Source of the DNA: an uncultured Gemmatimonadales bacterium
GTDB taxonomy: Bacteria > Gemmatimonadota > Gemmatimonadetes > Longimicrobiales > RSA9
Reading direction: 5' to 3'
NCBI GenBank assembly: GCA_963708135.1
Contig: OY970192.1
Span: 576,001 to 640,000, forward strand
Length of the DNA: 64,000 bases
Shown: positions 47,347 through 56,000 of the stretch, piece after piece
Layout of the letters: each line of letters opens with the position of its first letter
How positions within the stretch are numbered: the stretch's first letter is position 1
Notes under the pieces: model-generated
Database searches by the model: none
What the model was told of the DNA's origin: nothing
Seen by the model: only the letters and a program-made list of their open reading frames with translations
Made by a program: the position numbers and the translations under genes

Positions 47347-48360
47347 ATGCCCAGGGTCCTGCTGCCAGTCCTCGCCCTCCTCTGCTGTTCGAGCGCCGCG
47401 CGGGCACAGATCGCGCGCGTCGCCACCGCCGACACCCTGCGTGCGGCCCCTGGCGGCGACCGGCTGGCGACCCTCCAGCGCGGCGCGACCCTGCGGGTCG
47501 GCGCCCCACGAGCGGGCTGGCGTGCGGCCACCCTCGAGGGCTGGGTCCCCGATTCCGCCGTGAGCGCCCAGCCGGGAGGCGTGGCGGGGCTGGTCGTCCG
47601 CGAGCGCGACGGCGTGGATGCCCGTGCCGTCCAGGGCGGCGCGCCGATCGCACACGTCCCCGGCGGCGTCTTCCTCGAGTTGCTGGAGCGCCGGGGCCAC
47701 CAGCTGCGCGTGCGGCGAGGGGGCTGGGTTCGCGCCGGGGGGCTGGTGGATCTCCCGCCCGCGCCCCAAGATACCGGGAGCGCCGCAGCCGCGGCAGCGG
47801 CGACACCCGCCGGAACCGGCGGTGGCACGCCGTCTCCGGCCGCAGCGACCGCCGGCTATGCGCGTGCGGGGGAGACCGGCGCACCGGTCCTCGGCCATCC
47901 CGGCGCGGATACCGTGGCGCGCCTGGCGCCGCTCGCGCAGGTCGAGGTGCTCGCGCGCGAGGGGGCGTGGACGCGCGTCCGCGTCGAGGGCTGGGTGAGC
48001 AGCGGAGCGCTCGCGGCGCCGACCGACTCCGGCGGCGTGCTCATGGACGTGAGCGGCGTCGCCGTGCGCGAGAACCCGGAGGCTTACCGCGGGCGCCTGG
48101 TCCTCTGGCCCGTGCAGTTCCTGGCCCTGGAGCATGCGGAGAAGATCCGCACGGACTTTCCCGAGGGCGCGCCCTTCCTGCTCACGCGTGGACCCGGCGC
48201 GGAGACGGGCTTCGTCTATGTCGGTGTGCCCGCCGCGCTGCTCGACCGCGTGAAGCGACTCGAGCCGCTGCAGCGGATCCGCATCCTTGGGCGGGTGCGC
48301 GAGGGGCGTTCGCCCCTCATGGGTGGCCCCGTCCTCGATCTCGTGGAGGTGCGACCGTGA
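47347..48360 (+). CDS. exported multi-SH3-like domain protein
   Basis: Signal ARA|Q; repeated LRAAPGG..LATL..GW...EGWV and EVLAREGAWTRVRVEGWV SH3b-like units. Confidence 0.65.
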   Translation: MPRVLLPVLALLCCSSAARAQIARVATADTLRAAPGGDRLATLQRGATLRVGAPRAGWRAATLEGWVPDSAVSAQPGGVAGLVVRERDGVDARAVQGGAPIAHVPGGVFLELLERRGHQLRVRRGGWVRAGGLVDLPPAPQDTGSAAAAAAATPAGTGGGTPSPAAATAGYARAGETGAPVLGHPGADTVARLAPLAQVEVLAREGAWTRVRVEGWVSSGALAAPTDSGGVLMDVSGVAVRENPEAYRGRLVLWPVQFLALEHAEKIRTDFPEGAPFLLTRGPGAETGFVYVGVPAALLDRVKRLEPLQRIRILGRVREGRSPLMGGPVLDLVEVRP

Positions 48361-50600
48361 GCCGCTTCATCGGACCGGCGGGCGCGCTGCTCGCCAGCGC
48401 GCTCGCGCTCGCCTCCTGCGGGCACGACGGCATCACCGAACCGGGCACGGGCGCCGGCCCGAACCCGGCCAACCTGGCGATCGGCGTGCAGGGGGGAGAC
48501 CGCCAGTTCGGCGCCGCGGGCGCGCTGCTCTCCGCGCCGCTCCAGGTCGTGACCATCGACTCGCGTACCCGCGAGCCCGTCGGCGGGGTCACCATCCAGT
48601 GGCGGATCACCGCGGGCACCGGCACCCTGGCTTCCGCGAGCTCCGCGACCGACTCCACCGGCGTCGCCTCCAACCAGCTCACGCTCGGCGCCTCGGGCAC
48701 GGTGAGCGTCCAGGCGACGTTCCAGGGGAACGTGACGCCTCCCGCGCAGTTCACGGCCCAGGTGGCCGCCACGCCGTCCGTGCTCGGTGTCACGCCTGCC
48801 CTCGCCACGGCGGGCGACACGGTGACCATCTCCGGCACCGGCTTCAGCCCGAATCCACAGGATGACGTGGTCCTGTTCGGCGCCACCCACGGCGCCGTGC
48901 TCACCGCCACGGCCAGCGCGCTCACCGTCGTGGTCCCGCTCTGCCTGCCCAGCGGCACGACGGACGTGCGCGTCCTCCTCGGAAGCCTCGCCAGCGCGTC
49001 CATCTCCCTCGCCGTCACCGGCACCGACCGCCCGGCGGTGGCGCTCGAGCGCGGCGAGGTCCTCACTGTCTCCGATCCGGCGCAGGCGCAATGCCTGCGA
49101 CTGGCCGGCGGACAGGCCGGAGCGAGCTACCTCGTCGTGGTCGAGAACGCCACGGATGTGAGCAACCGGCCAATGCCGTTCCAGCTCATGGCGTTTGCCG
49201 GGGGGGTGGCCACGGCGGCCGCTCCGGCCGCGCCCGCCGCCCCGCGGCCCGTCGCGTCCGCGGCCGCCGCGAGCGAGCTCGACGGCTCCGCCTTCGGCCC
49301 TCGCGCCGACGCGTGGGAGCGCTCGCTCCGGCTGCGCGAGCAGGAGCTCGCGCGCGCCGCCGGCGCGCGGCGGCGCGTCCCGGCGCCCGCGCCGGGCATC
49401 GAGTCGGCGGCCGAGCTGCCGACCATCGGCAGCCGGCGAACCTTCAACGTGATCGACAAGGACAACAGGTTCGAGAAGGTCACGGCGGTGGCGAAGGTGA
49501 TCAGCACCCACGCGATCGTCTACGAGGACGTGAAGGCGCCGCCCGGCGGGTTCAGCGACGCGCAGTACTCGCAGTTCGCCGCGCTCTTCGATGATCCGAT
49601 CTACGACACGGACGTCGCCGTCTACGGCGCGCCGAGCGACCTCGATCAGAACGCTCACATCATCATCCTGTTCACGCCCGTCGTGAACGCGATGACGCCG
49701 AAAGGCTCCACCACCGGCGGCTACATCGCGGGCTTCTTCTACGGCTGCGACCTCGTGAGCGCCGCCGAGTGCAGCGGCACCAACCAGGGCGAGATCTTCT
49801 ACTCGCTCGTGCCCGACCCGACCGGGCAGCACGGCATCGTCCAGACCGCGGCCAACGTGCTGGCCGGCACGCCGCCGGTGCTCGCGCACGAGTTCATGCA
49901 CATGATCCACTTCAACCAGCGCGTCCTCGTGCGCGGCGCGCCGGAGGAGGCGCTCTGGTTGTCCGAGGCCATGGCGCACGAGGCGGAGGACACCGTCGGC
50001 GGCGTCTTCGCCGCGCGCGGCGACGCCACCCATGCCGCCTACTTCCAGCGGCAGAACTTCAACCGCGCGGGCCGCTTTCTGCTCGACCCCGCGGCGGTGT
50101 CCCTGCTCGCCTACATCACGCCGGGAACCCTCGAGGAGCGCGGCGCCGGCTGGCTCTTCGTCAAGTACCTGATGGGACGCTTCGGCGGCGGGATCCTCGG
50201 GCGCCTCGCTCAGACCTCGAACAGCAGCACCCAGAACATCACGGCGGCGGCGGCCACCGGGTGGCCGGCGCTGATCGGCGACTGGAGCGTCGCGCTCTGG
50301 GCCGACGAGGCCCCCGCGCTCGCGGGCGTGAACGTCGACCGGCGCTTCACCTTTCCGAACCTCGACCTGCGCGCGGCGGTCTCTGCCTTCTACGGCGGGA
50401 CCTACCCGCTCCAGCCGCTCGTCGAGGGCTACCGCGACTTCACGGTCGAGGACACGCTGCGCGCCGGCAGCGCGCAGTATGTCCTGGTCAGCGCCGGCAC
50501 CGGGCTTTCCGTGCCCCTGGACCTGGTGCTGGACGGGCAGGGCGGACTGCCGTTCCCGGATGGAAGCACGCCGCAGATCAGCCTGCTGCGCGTGCGCTGA
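48357..50600 (+). CDS. lipoprotein with Ig-like and IPT/TIG domains and an HExxH zinc metallopeptidase domain (M30-like)
   Basis: LASC lipobox; TDSTGVAS (Ig), GDTVTISGTGFS (IPT), GYIAGFF, LAHEFMHMIH, WLSEAMAH. Confidence 0.75.
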   Translation: MSRFIGPAGALLASALALASCGHDGITEPGTGAGPNPANLAIGVQGGDRQFGAAGALLSAPLQVVTIDSRTREPVGGVTIQWRITAGTGTLASASSATDSTGVASNQLTLGASGTVSVQATFQGNVTPPAQFTAQVAATPSVLGVTPALATAGDTVTISGTGFSPNPQDDVVLFGATHGAVLTATASALTVVVPLCLPSGTTDVRVLLGSLASASISLAVTGTDRPAVALERGEVLTVSDPAQAQCLRLAGGQAGASYLVVVENATDVSNRPMPFQLMAFAGGVATAAAPAAPAAPRPVASAAAASELDGSAFGPRADAWERSLRLREQELARAAGARRRVPAPAPGIESAAELPTIGSRRTFNVIDKDNRFEKVTAVAKVISTHAIVYEDVKAPPGGFSDAQYSQFAALFDDPIYDTDVAVYGAPSDLDQNAHIIILFTPVVNAMTPKGSTTGGYIAGFFYGCDLVSAAECSGTNQGEIFYSLVPDPTGQHGIVQTAANVLAGTPPVLAHEFMHMIHFNQRVLVRGAPEEALWLSEAMAHEAEDTVGGVFAARGDATHAAYFQRQNFNRAGRFLLDPAAVSLLAYITPGTLEERGAGWLFVKYLMGRFGGGILGRLAQTSNSSTQNITAAAATGWPALIGDWSVALWADEAPALAGVNVDRRFTFPNLDLRAAVSAFYGGTYPLQPLVEGYRDFTVEDTLRAGSAQYVLVSAGTGLSVPLDLVLDGQGGLPFPDGSTPQISLLRVR

Positions 50601-50609
50601 GGGGGGCGC

Positions 50610-51728
50610 CTAGGAGACCTTGTCGAGCCGTGCGTTCGGCTGGTGGCGCCGCCCCTCCTTGGCGAGCGGGCGGCCCTCGAGCTCCACGACGTCGGCCGTG
50701 AAGTCGTAGCGGTCCTTGAAGAGCGAGGAGCCCACGCCGTAGGAGTCGACCGGCACGCCGAGCTCCTCGAAGTGGCGGATCTTCTCCGCGTCGAAGCCGC
50801 CCGAGACCACGATCCTCACGTGCTGGAACCCCTCCGCATCCAGCGCGCGGCGCACGTTCCAGACGAGGTGCGGGTTCACGCCGCGCGGATCGAACTGGCC
50901 CATCTGCGGCAGGATCGAGCGGTCCACCATCGTCTCGGACGTGTCCAGCCGGACCCCCCACAGCCGGTCCCCGAGCGCGCGTGCCACGGCCAGCGAGGTG
51001 GCGACCGAGTCGTTCTCGAAGTCCACCAGCGAGATCACGTGCACGTCCTCCGGCATGTGCCGCGCGAAGGCCGCCGAGGCGAGCACGGTGTCGCCGTCGT
51101 ACGCCGCGATCAGCGCGTGCGGCACGGTGCCGATTCCCTTCGAGCCCCACCACGACGCCTGTGCGTCCGTGGACACGCCGATCGCGCCGGCCACGTGCGC
51201 CGCGTAGCCATCGCCCGTCTGTACCAGCCAGTGGTCGTGGCGGGCGGGGAAGAACATCACCGTCTTCGGCCATGCCGCCTCGACCACCTTCCGCGTGTTG
51301 GTGGCCACCTTCGTGCGCCGGGCGAGCACGCCCAGGTAGAGCGTCTCCAGGTGCGCGAACGCGGCGTAGGGCCCCGTGATCAGGAGCACGGTCTCCCACG
51401 GCCGGATCCGGTCGCCGTCGCGCATCGCCCGCACGTCCAGGTCGCTCCACTCGTAGCCCTCCGTGAGGCAGAGCTTCAGGATCGCGATCGCCTCGTCCAC
51501 CCCGCCCAGCCACGCGTGCTTCTTCTGGAAGACCTGCACGGTGACGAGCGGCTCCCGGCCGTCCTCCAGCAGCACGTCGCGCGCGTAGACGAAGTACTTG
51601 TCCGAGTAGTAGCCGGCCCGCATGCGCGCCGCCGGAAGCTGAAAGATCGAGGGATCGAGCCGCTCCGGCCTGCGCAGCGGCGGCGGGGGCGTGGGGCGAG
51701 GCGGGGTCTCCGGCGGCTGATCGCTCAT
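50610..51728 (-). CDS. nicotinate phosphoribosyltransferase-like protein (NAPRTase/QPRTase fold)
   Basis: GYYSDKYF, LETLYLG, GTVPHALIA, LVDFEND, GVRLDTS, IVVSGGF, YGVGS. Confidence 0.85.
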   Translation of the reverse strand: MSDQPPETPPRPTPPPPLRRPERLDPSIFQLPAARMRAGYYSDKYFVYARDVLLEDGREPLVTVQVFQKKHAWLGGVDEAIAILKLCLTEGYEWSDLDVRAMRDGDRIRPWETVLLITGPYAAFAHLETLYLGVLARRTKVATNTRKVVEAAWPKTVMFFPARHDHWLVQTGDGYAAHVAGAIGVSTDAQASWWGSKGIGTVPHALIAAYDGDTVLASAAFARHMPEDVHVISLVDFENDSVATSLAVARALGDRLWGVRLDTSETMVDRSILPQMGQFDPRGVNPHLVWNVRRALDAEGFQHVRIVVSGGFDAEKIRHFEELGVPVDSYGVGSSLFKDRYDFTADVVELEGRPLAKEGRRHQPNARLDKVS

Positions 51729-52966
51729 GCTTCTGCCTCCCTGCGTCGCTTCGTGGCGAAGTGGAGCCCGACCGAGCCCAGCAGCGTGAGCACGCCCGCC
51801 ATCGGCCACATGAACGGATACCCCCGGTACTGCGGGAACACGTGCGCGCCGACGTCGATGGCGACGCCCACCAGCATCGGCGCGAAGATGCGCCCGAAGC
51901 TGACGCTCAGGATGTAGAGCCCGGTGTAGCGGCCGATCGCCTTGTTGCCCACTATGCCCGCGAAGAGCGGGTACGGCAATGCGACGAGCGCCGCCGCGCC
52001 CACGCCGGCGCCGAGCAGCAGCAGCACCGCCGTTCCCAGGGTCCGCATGAACACGCCCGCCAGCATGACCACGCCGAGCAGCCCCGCGCCGACCTGGAGC
52101 AGCACCGCGCGGTCGTAGCGGTCGCCCAGCCGGCCGATCACCACCGACCCGATCGCCAGCCCCACCACCAGCAGCGTCATCATGAGGGAGGCCTGCGCCA
52201 CGGTGATGCCCAGCACGACCGTGCCGAACAGGAAGAAGTAGGGCCGCACGCCATCGACGGCTCCCGTCCACAGCGCGTTCGAGACCAGGAACAGCAGCGC
52301 GGCCGGCCGCTGGCGCAGGTCCGCCCAGAGCGCCCGCAGCCCGCCCGAGATGCGTTCCTCGTGCATGGCAAGGTCGAGTCCCGCGGGCGGCGCCGCCCAG
52401 ATCGTCATCCAGGTCATCCCGAGGATCAGCAGGGCGCCCAGCAGGAACGGGAGCGGCGGCCAGATCGCGTACAGCAGCCCGCTCGCCACCAGGCCGAAGC
52501 CGAGCCCCGCCGAGTGCAGCACGCCGCGTACGCCCTGCACCCGGCCTCGCCGCTCATCCGGCACCGAGTCAACCATCAGGGCCCAGAGCGGCGTCAGATA
52601 TCCGTGCAGCGCGGCGAAGAAGATGAAAGCGACCCCGGCCAGCGGCCAGTAGCCGCGAAGGAACGGTGCCGTGGCCAGGGCGGCGGCCATCAGCGGTGCG
52701 GTGATCATGAGGAAGAAGGTGCGCCGCCCGAAGCGGCGCGTCAGTCCGGCGGGCAGATGGTCGCTGAGCGTGCCGATCCAGTACGGGACCAGCAGCGCGA
52801 AGATGCCCTCGCCGCCCACGGCGAATCCGATCAGGAACGCGGAGCGGGCGTAGCGCGCGAGCAGCACCGGCAGGACGGCGACCATGAGCGTCTGCCCGGA
52901 CGTCGAGCCCAGGGTGCCCGCCGTGATGCCGTACTCCTTCAGGATCCGTCCGCGCCGGCTCGTCAC
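51725..52966 (-). CDS. MFS transporter
   Basis: GTLSD..RFGRR and GRLGDRYDR motif-A loops; about 12 TM helices; ATGA overlap with the NAPRTase gene. Confidence 0.85.
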   Translation of the reverse strand: MTSRRGRILKEYGITAGTLGSTSGQTLMVAVLPVLLARYARSAFLIGFAVGGEGIFALLVPYWIGTLSDHLPAGLTRRFGRRTFFLMITAPLMAAALATAPFLRGYWPLAGVAFIFFAALHGYLTPLWALMVDSVPDERRGRVQGVRGVLHSAGLGFGLVASGLLYAIWPPLPFLLGALLILGMTWMTIWAAPPAGLDLAMHEERISGGLRALWADLRQRPAALLFLVSNALWTGAVDGVRPYFFLFGTVVLGITVAQASLMMTLLVVGLAIGSVVIGRLGDRYDRAVLLQVGAGLLGVVMLAGVFMRTLGTAVLLLLGAGVGAAALVALPYPLFAGIVGNKAIGRYTGLYILSVSFGRIFAPMLVGVAIDVGAHVFPQYRGYPFMWPMAGVLTLLGSVGLHFATKRRREAEA

Positions 52967-53132
52967 CGATTCACTCGTCCCCTCGCTCTGCCGTCCCTCG
53001 AATCCGGCGGCCGCGGCCGCGGGGCCAATCTGGCGCGCCTGCGTCGAACGTCAAGCAAGGCCGGGGCCCGCGCGCCGTCCGGATGGACGCTCGGGACCCG
53101 ACCGGCCTGGCGCTTGCACCCTCCATCGCCTC

Positions 53133-54236
53133 ATGCGCGCAGCCAGCCTCCTGCTTCCCCTGGTCCTTGCCGCCGCGCCGCTCTCGGCCCAGGCGATCCG
53201 GCTCCGCGCCTTCACGCTATCCACCGGACCCCGCCTCTCCGCCGGCACGCGCGGCACCGCCCTCTTCGCCGCCGCCGCCGACCTCTCGTTGCCCTGGCTG
53301 GGAGCCGGCCGGGCGCGGGTGGAGCTCGGCACGTCGAGCGCGCCCCTCGACCCGGAGGACGGTCCCGGGACGCGCCGGGACCGCCAGGCGACGCTCGGAT
53401 ACGCCCGCTGCCTCGGCTCCGCCGCCGCCGTCGGCCTCGGCGGCATCCGGCCGCGGGTCGGCGTCGGCATCGCCCTCCACTGGGTGCGCACCGACGCTCT
53501 CGCCCATGCCGGGGACACGACCGGGGACGGGCGCTTCGCCCGCCGGAGCTCCGCCGTGCGCCCCGCGCTCCACGCCGAGACCGGCCTCGCCCTGCCCCTC
53601 GCTCGCAACCACCGCCTCGACCTCGAGATCGCCGCGCGGGCGGCGGCCCTCCTGGGCGGCCCAGACGCGCTCGAACTCCGCTTCGGCGTGCGCTACGCGC
53701 TCGACGGCCGACCTTCCGGGTTGGTCGCCGGGGAGCCTGTGGCCGCGCCTCCGGACCCACCGGCCGACGTCGAGCCGGCCCCGGCGCCGGGTGTGGCCGC
53801 ACCCGGCGCCACCGGCGCCGCTGCGCTCCCCGCCGCCATCCGCGCCGCCTTCCGGACGGCGCTCTCCAACGCCCTCGCGGACGCCGCGGATCGGGGGCTT
53901 ATCCGGGAGGAAGGGCCCGGCTTCGCCCTCCTCGACTCCGCCTTCATCGGCGGCCGGCTGCGGCCCGAGACGGCCGCGGCGCTGCGGCGGGCCGGCGCTC
54001 GCCTGACCACGGCGGGCGCCCGGGTCTCGATCCTCGCCGACGAGGACGCGGATGCGACGGCCCGTCCGTCCACCGCCACGCTGCGGGCCGTGGCGGTGGC
54101 GCAGGCGCTCGCGGCCGGCGGGCTCGCGCGCTCCGCGATGCGCCTGGAGGTGGTGCGCCGGGCCGCCGGCGGCGACGTCGCCGTGCGGCCCCGCCGCCTC
54201 AGCGCCCGCGCTGCGCCAGCGTCACCCCGCCGATGA
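53133..54236 (+). CDS. hypothetical exported protein (beta-barrel-like N-terminus, degenerate OmpA-C-like C-terminus)
   Basis: Signal LSA|Q; amphipathic strands ending LRFGVRY; Pro-rich linker; LRAVAVAQALAAGGL. Confidence 0.45.
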   Translation: MRAASLLLPLVLAAAPLSAQAIRLRAFTLSTGPRLSAGTRGTALFAAAADLSLPWLGAGRARVELGTSSAPLDPEDGPGTRRDRQATLGYARCLGSAAAVGLGGIRPRVGVGIALHWVRTDALAHAGDTTGDGRFARRSSAVRPALHAETGLALPLARNHRLDLEIAARAAALLGGPDALELRFGVRYALDGRPSGLVAGEPVAAPPDPPADVEPAPAPGVAAPGATGAAALPAAIRAAFRTALSNALADAADRGLIREEGPGFALLDSAFIGGRLRPETAAALRRAGARLTTAGARVSILADEDADATARPSTATLRAVAVAQALAAGGLARSAMRLEVVRRAAGGDVAVRPRRLSARAAPASPRR

Positions 54237-54511
54237 TGACCGCGGCGCCCACGAGCTGGAGCGCACGCGGAACCTCGCCGAGCCAGGCCCACGCGACGAG
54301 CAGCGCCAGCACGGGCACGAGGTTGGAGTACGTCGAGGTGCGTGTATTGCCGAGACGGCTGACGCCGCGGTACCAGAGCAGGTACGCCAGCCCGATGCTC
54401 AGCGCGCCCGAGAACGTCACGGCCGCCCATGCCTCCAGGGGCACGGCGTCGAGATCCACGCCGCGCAGCGCCGGTAGGCCCATGAGACACCCTGTGTCAA
54501 CCCCCCTGTGT

Positions 54512-55759
54512 TCAAGCAGCCGCCGCGGTGGGTTCCGCGGGGGTGAAGAAGGGGATAGCCCGTCCGTGTCGGGAGGGGTCGTAGGTGGACCGATTGTGCC
54601 AGCAGCGCCACAGCACGCGGACCCAGGCTCGGGCGAGGATTCGGATTGCGTGCGGGTGATCGCAGCCGCGGGCACGGGCGCACTTGTAGACGGCGGCGGC
54701 CCAGGGGTGGGCATGGCGGGAGTTGTCCGCCCAGGTGGTGAGGGCTTGTCGCAGGCGCTTGTTGCAGGCGAAGCGGCAGGCGACGCCGCGATGCTTGCCG
54801 GAGCTGTGCGTAACGGGGGCGACGCCGGCTTCGGCGGCGAGCTGGGCGTCGGTGGCGAAGCGGAGCCGGTCGTCGCCGAGCTCGGCGAGAATCTGGGCGG
54901 CATTGATGGTGCCGGTGCGGGGGAAGGACTTCAGGATCTCACCGTCGGGATGCTGCGCGAGGTGAGCGGCGATGAGCCCGTCGAGCTCGCGGATCTGAGC
55001 CACGAGAGGGCGGAGGACGGCGACCAGGGAACGGACGAGCTGACCTTTGGTCTCGCTCTCGAGCTCGGCGGCCTGCCCTGCGGGGGCGGAGCGGAGCCGC
55101 TCGAGGAGCTGATCGACCGGCCGGCGGCCGCAGTAGGCAGTGCGCTTGAGGAATCGTTCGAGGCGCTTGGGCCCGAGGCGGGCGGCGCTCTCCGGGGTGG
55201 GGTAGGCGTCCAGGAAATCGAGGGCGATCGGGCTATCGACATCGGCGAAAATGGCGGCAGCGCCGGCCCAGAAGCTGTCGAGCAGGCTGCGGAGCTGATT
55301 GGCGAGCTGGACGCGGGTCGCGACCAGGTCATCGCGGGTGCGAACGGCGGCGCGAAGCGCCTTGGTGCGATCGGAGGGGACCCGGAGCGGCCGGAATCGA
55401 TGCCCATCGGTACGCAGGACGTCGGCGAGGATGTAGGCATCACCGGGATCGCTCTTCCCCGGAGCCGCGGCGTAGCGGGGCCGGGTGGCCTTGAGGGCGT
55501 TCGGGTGGATCGGAACGACCGGGAAGCCGGCCTCGACCAACGTATCCACCAGAAGTCCGGACGGCCGCTCGATGGCGATGGGCAGCTGCGCCGGAGAGCT
55601 GACGCGACGCAGGCGCCGGATCAGCTCACTCAGCCCACCGGCCGTGTGAGGGATGGTGAACGCGTCAACGAGGGCGCCGCTGAGATCGAGCACACAGACG
55701 TCATGCTTGTCGCTGGCCCAGTCAATTCCGACGAGGTAGCTTGGATCCAGTCCTTCCAC
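54512..55759 (-). CDS. IS110-family transposase/recombinase
   Basis: RuvC-like DEDD residues in GIDWAS, AIERPS and KSDPGDA; Tnp domain AGVAPVTHSSGK (catalytic Ser), NKRLRQAL; GGAGGTGA RBS before the GTG. Confidence 0.95.
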   Translation of the reverse strand: MEGLDPSYLVGIDWASDKHDVCVLDLSGALVDAFTIPHTAGGLSELIRRLRRVSSPAQLPIAIERPSGLLVDTLVEAGFPVVPIHPNALKATRPRYAAAPGKSDPGDAYILADVLRTDGHRFRPLRVPSDRTKALRAAVRTRDDLVATRVQLANQLRSLLDSFWAGAAAIFADVDSPIALDFLDAYPTPESAARLGPKRLERFLKRTAYCGRRPVDQLLERLRSAPAGQAAELESETKGQLVRSLVAVLRPLVAQIRELDGLIAAHLAQHPDGEILKSFPRTGTINAAQILAELGDDRLRFATDAQLAAEAGVAPVTHSSGKHRGVACRFACNKRLRQALTTWADNSRHAHPWAAAVYKCARARGCDHPHAIRILARAWVRVLWRCWHNRSTYDPSRHGRAIPFFTPAEPTAAAA

Positions 55760-55789
55760 GCCTCACCTCCGAGCAGAGATTCACTCCCT

Positions 55790-56000
55790 CGCTCCGGCGT
55801 TGGAAGGTCTCACCGATCGCTCACTGAAAGGCGCTCTCGGCTTCAGGTGCCGTGGCGCTACACCCTGTGGTCGGTTGGGGCCTTCCACGCCGGGCAGGGG
55901 AGCGGGTCTCATGCGGGCCGTCGAGCGGCAAGCGACGCTGGCTCTCCCTACCCGGACGCCGAAGCACTTCTCTTGAGCGGCGCGAATCTACGCCCCGCTG
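55790..56000 (-). ncRNA. putative IS110 bridge RNA (5' hairpin, target-binding loop, donor-binding loop)
   Basis: Stems 55941-55955/55890-55903 and 55881-55893/55794-55807 enclose internal loops. Loop strands CACAGGGUGU and CAGUGAG match the circle junction, and CAUGAG matches the target site. Confidence 0.75.

Noticed and set aside
53103..53118. Possible sigma54 site CGGCCTGGCGCTTGCA
   Set aside because: GG-N10-GC spacing is correct, but the -24 box is poor and it lies very close to the ATG; likely chance.
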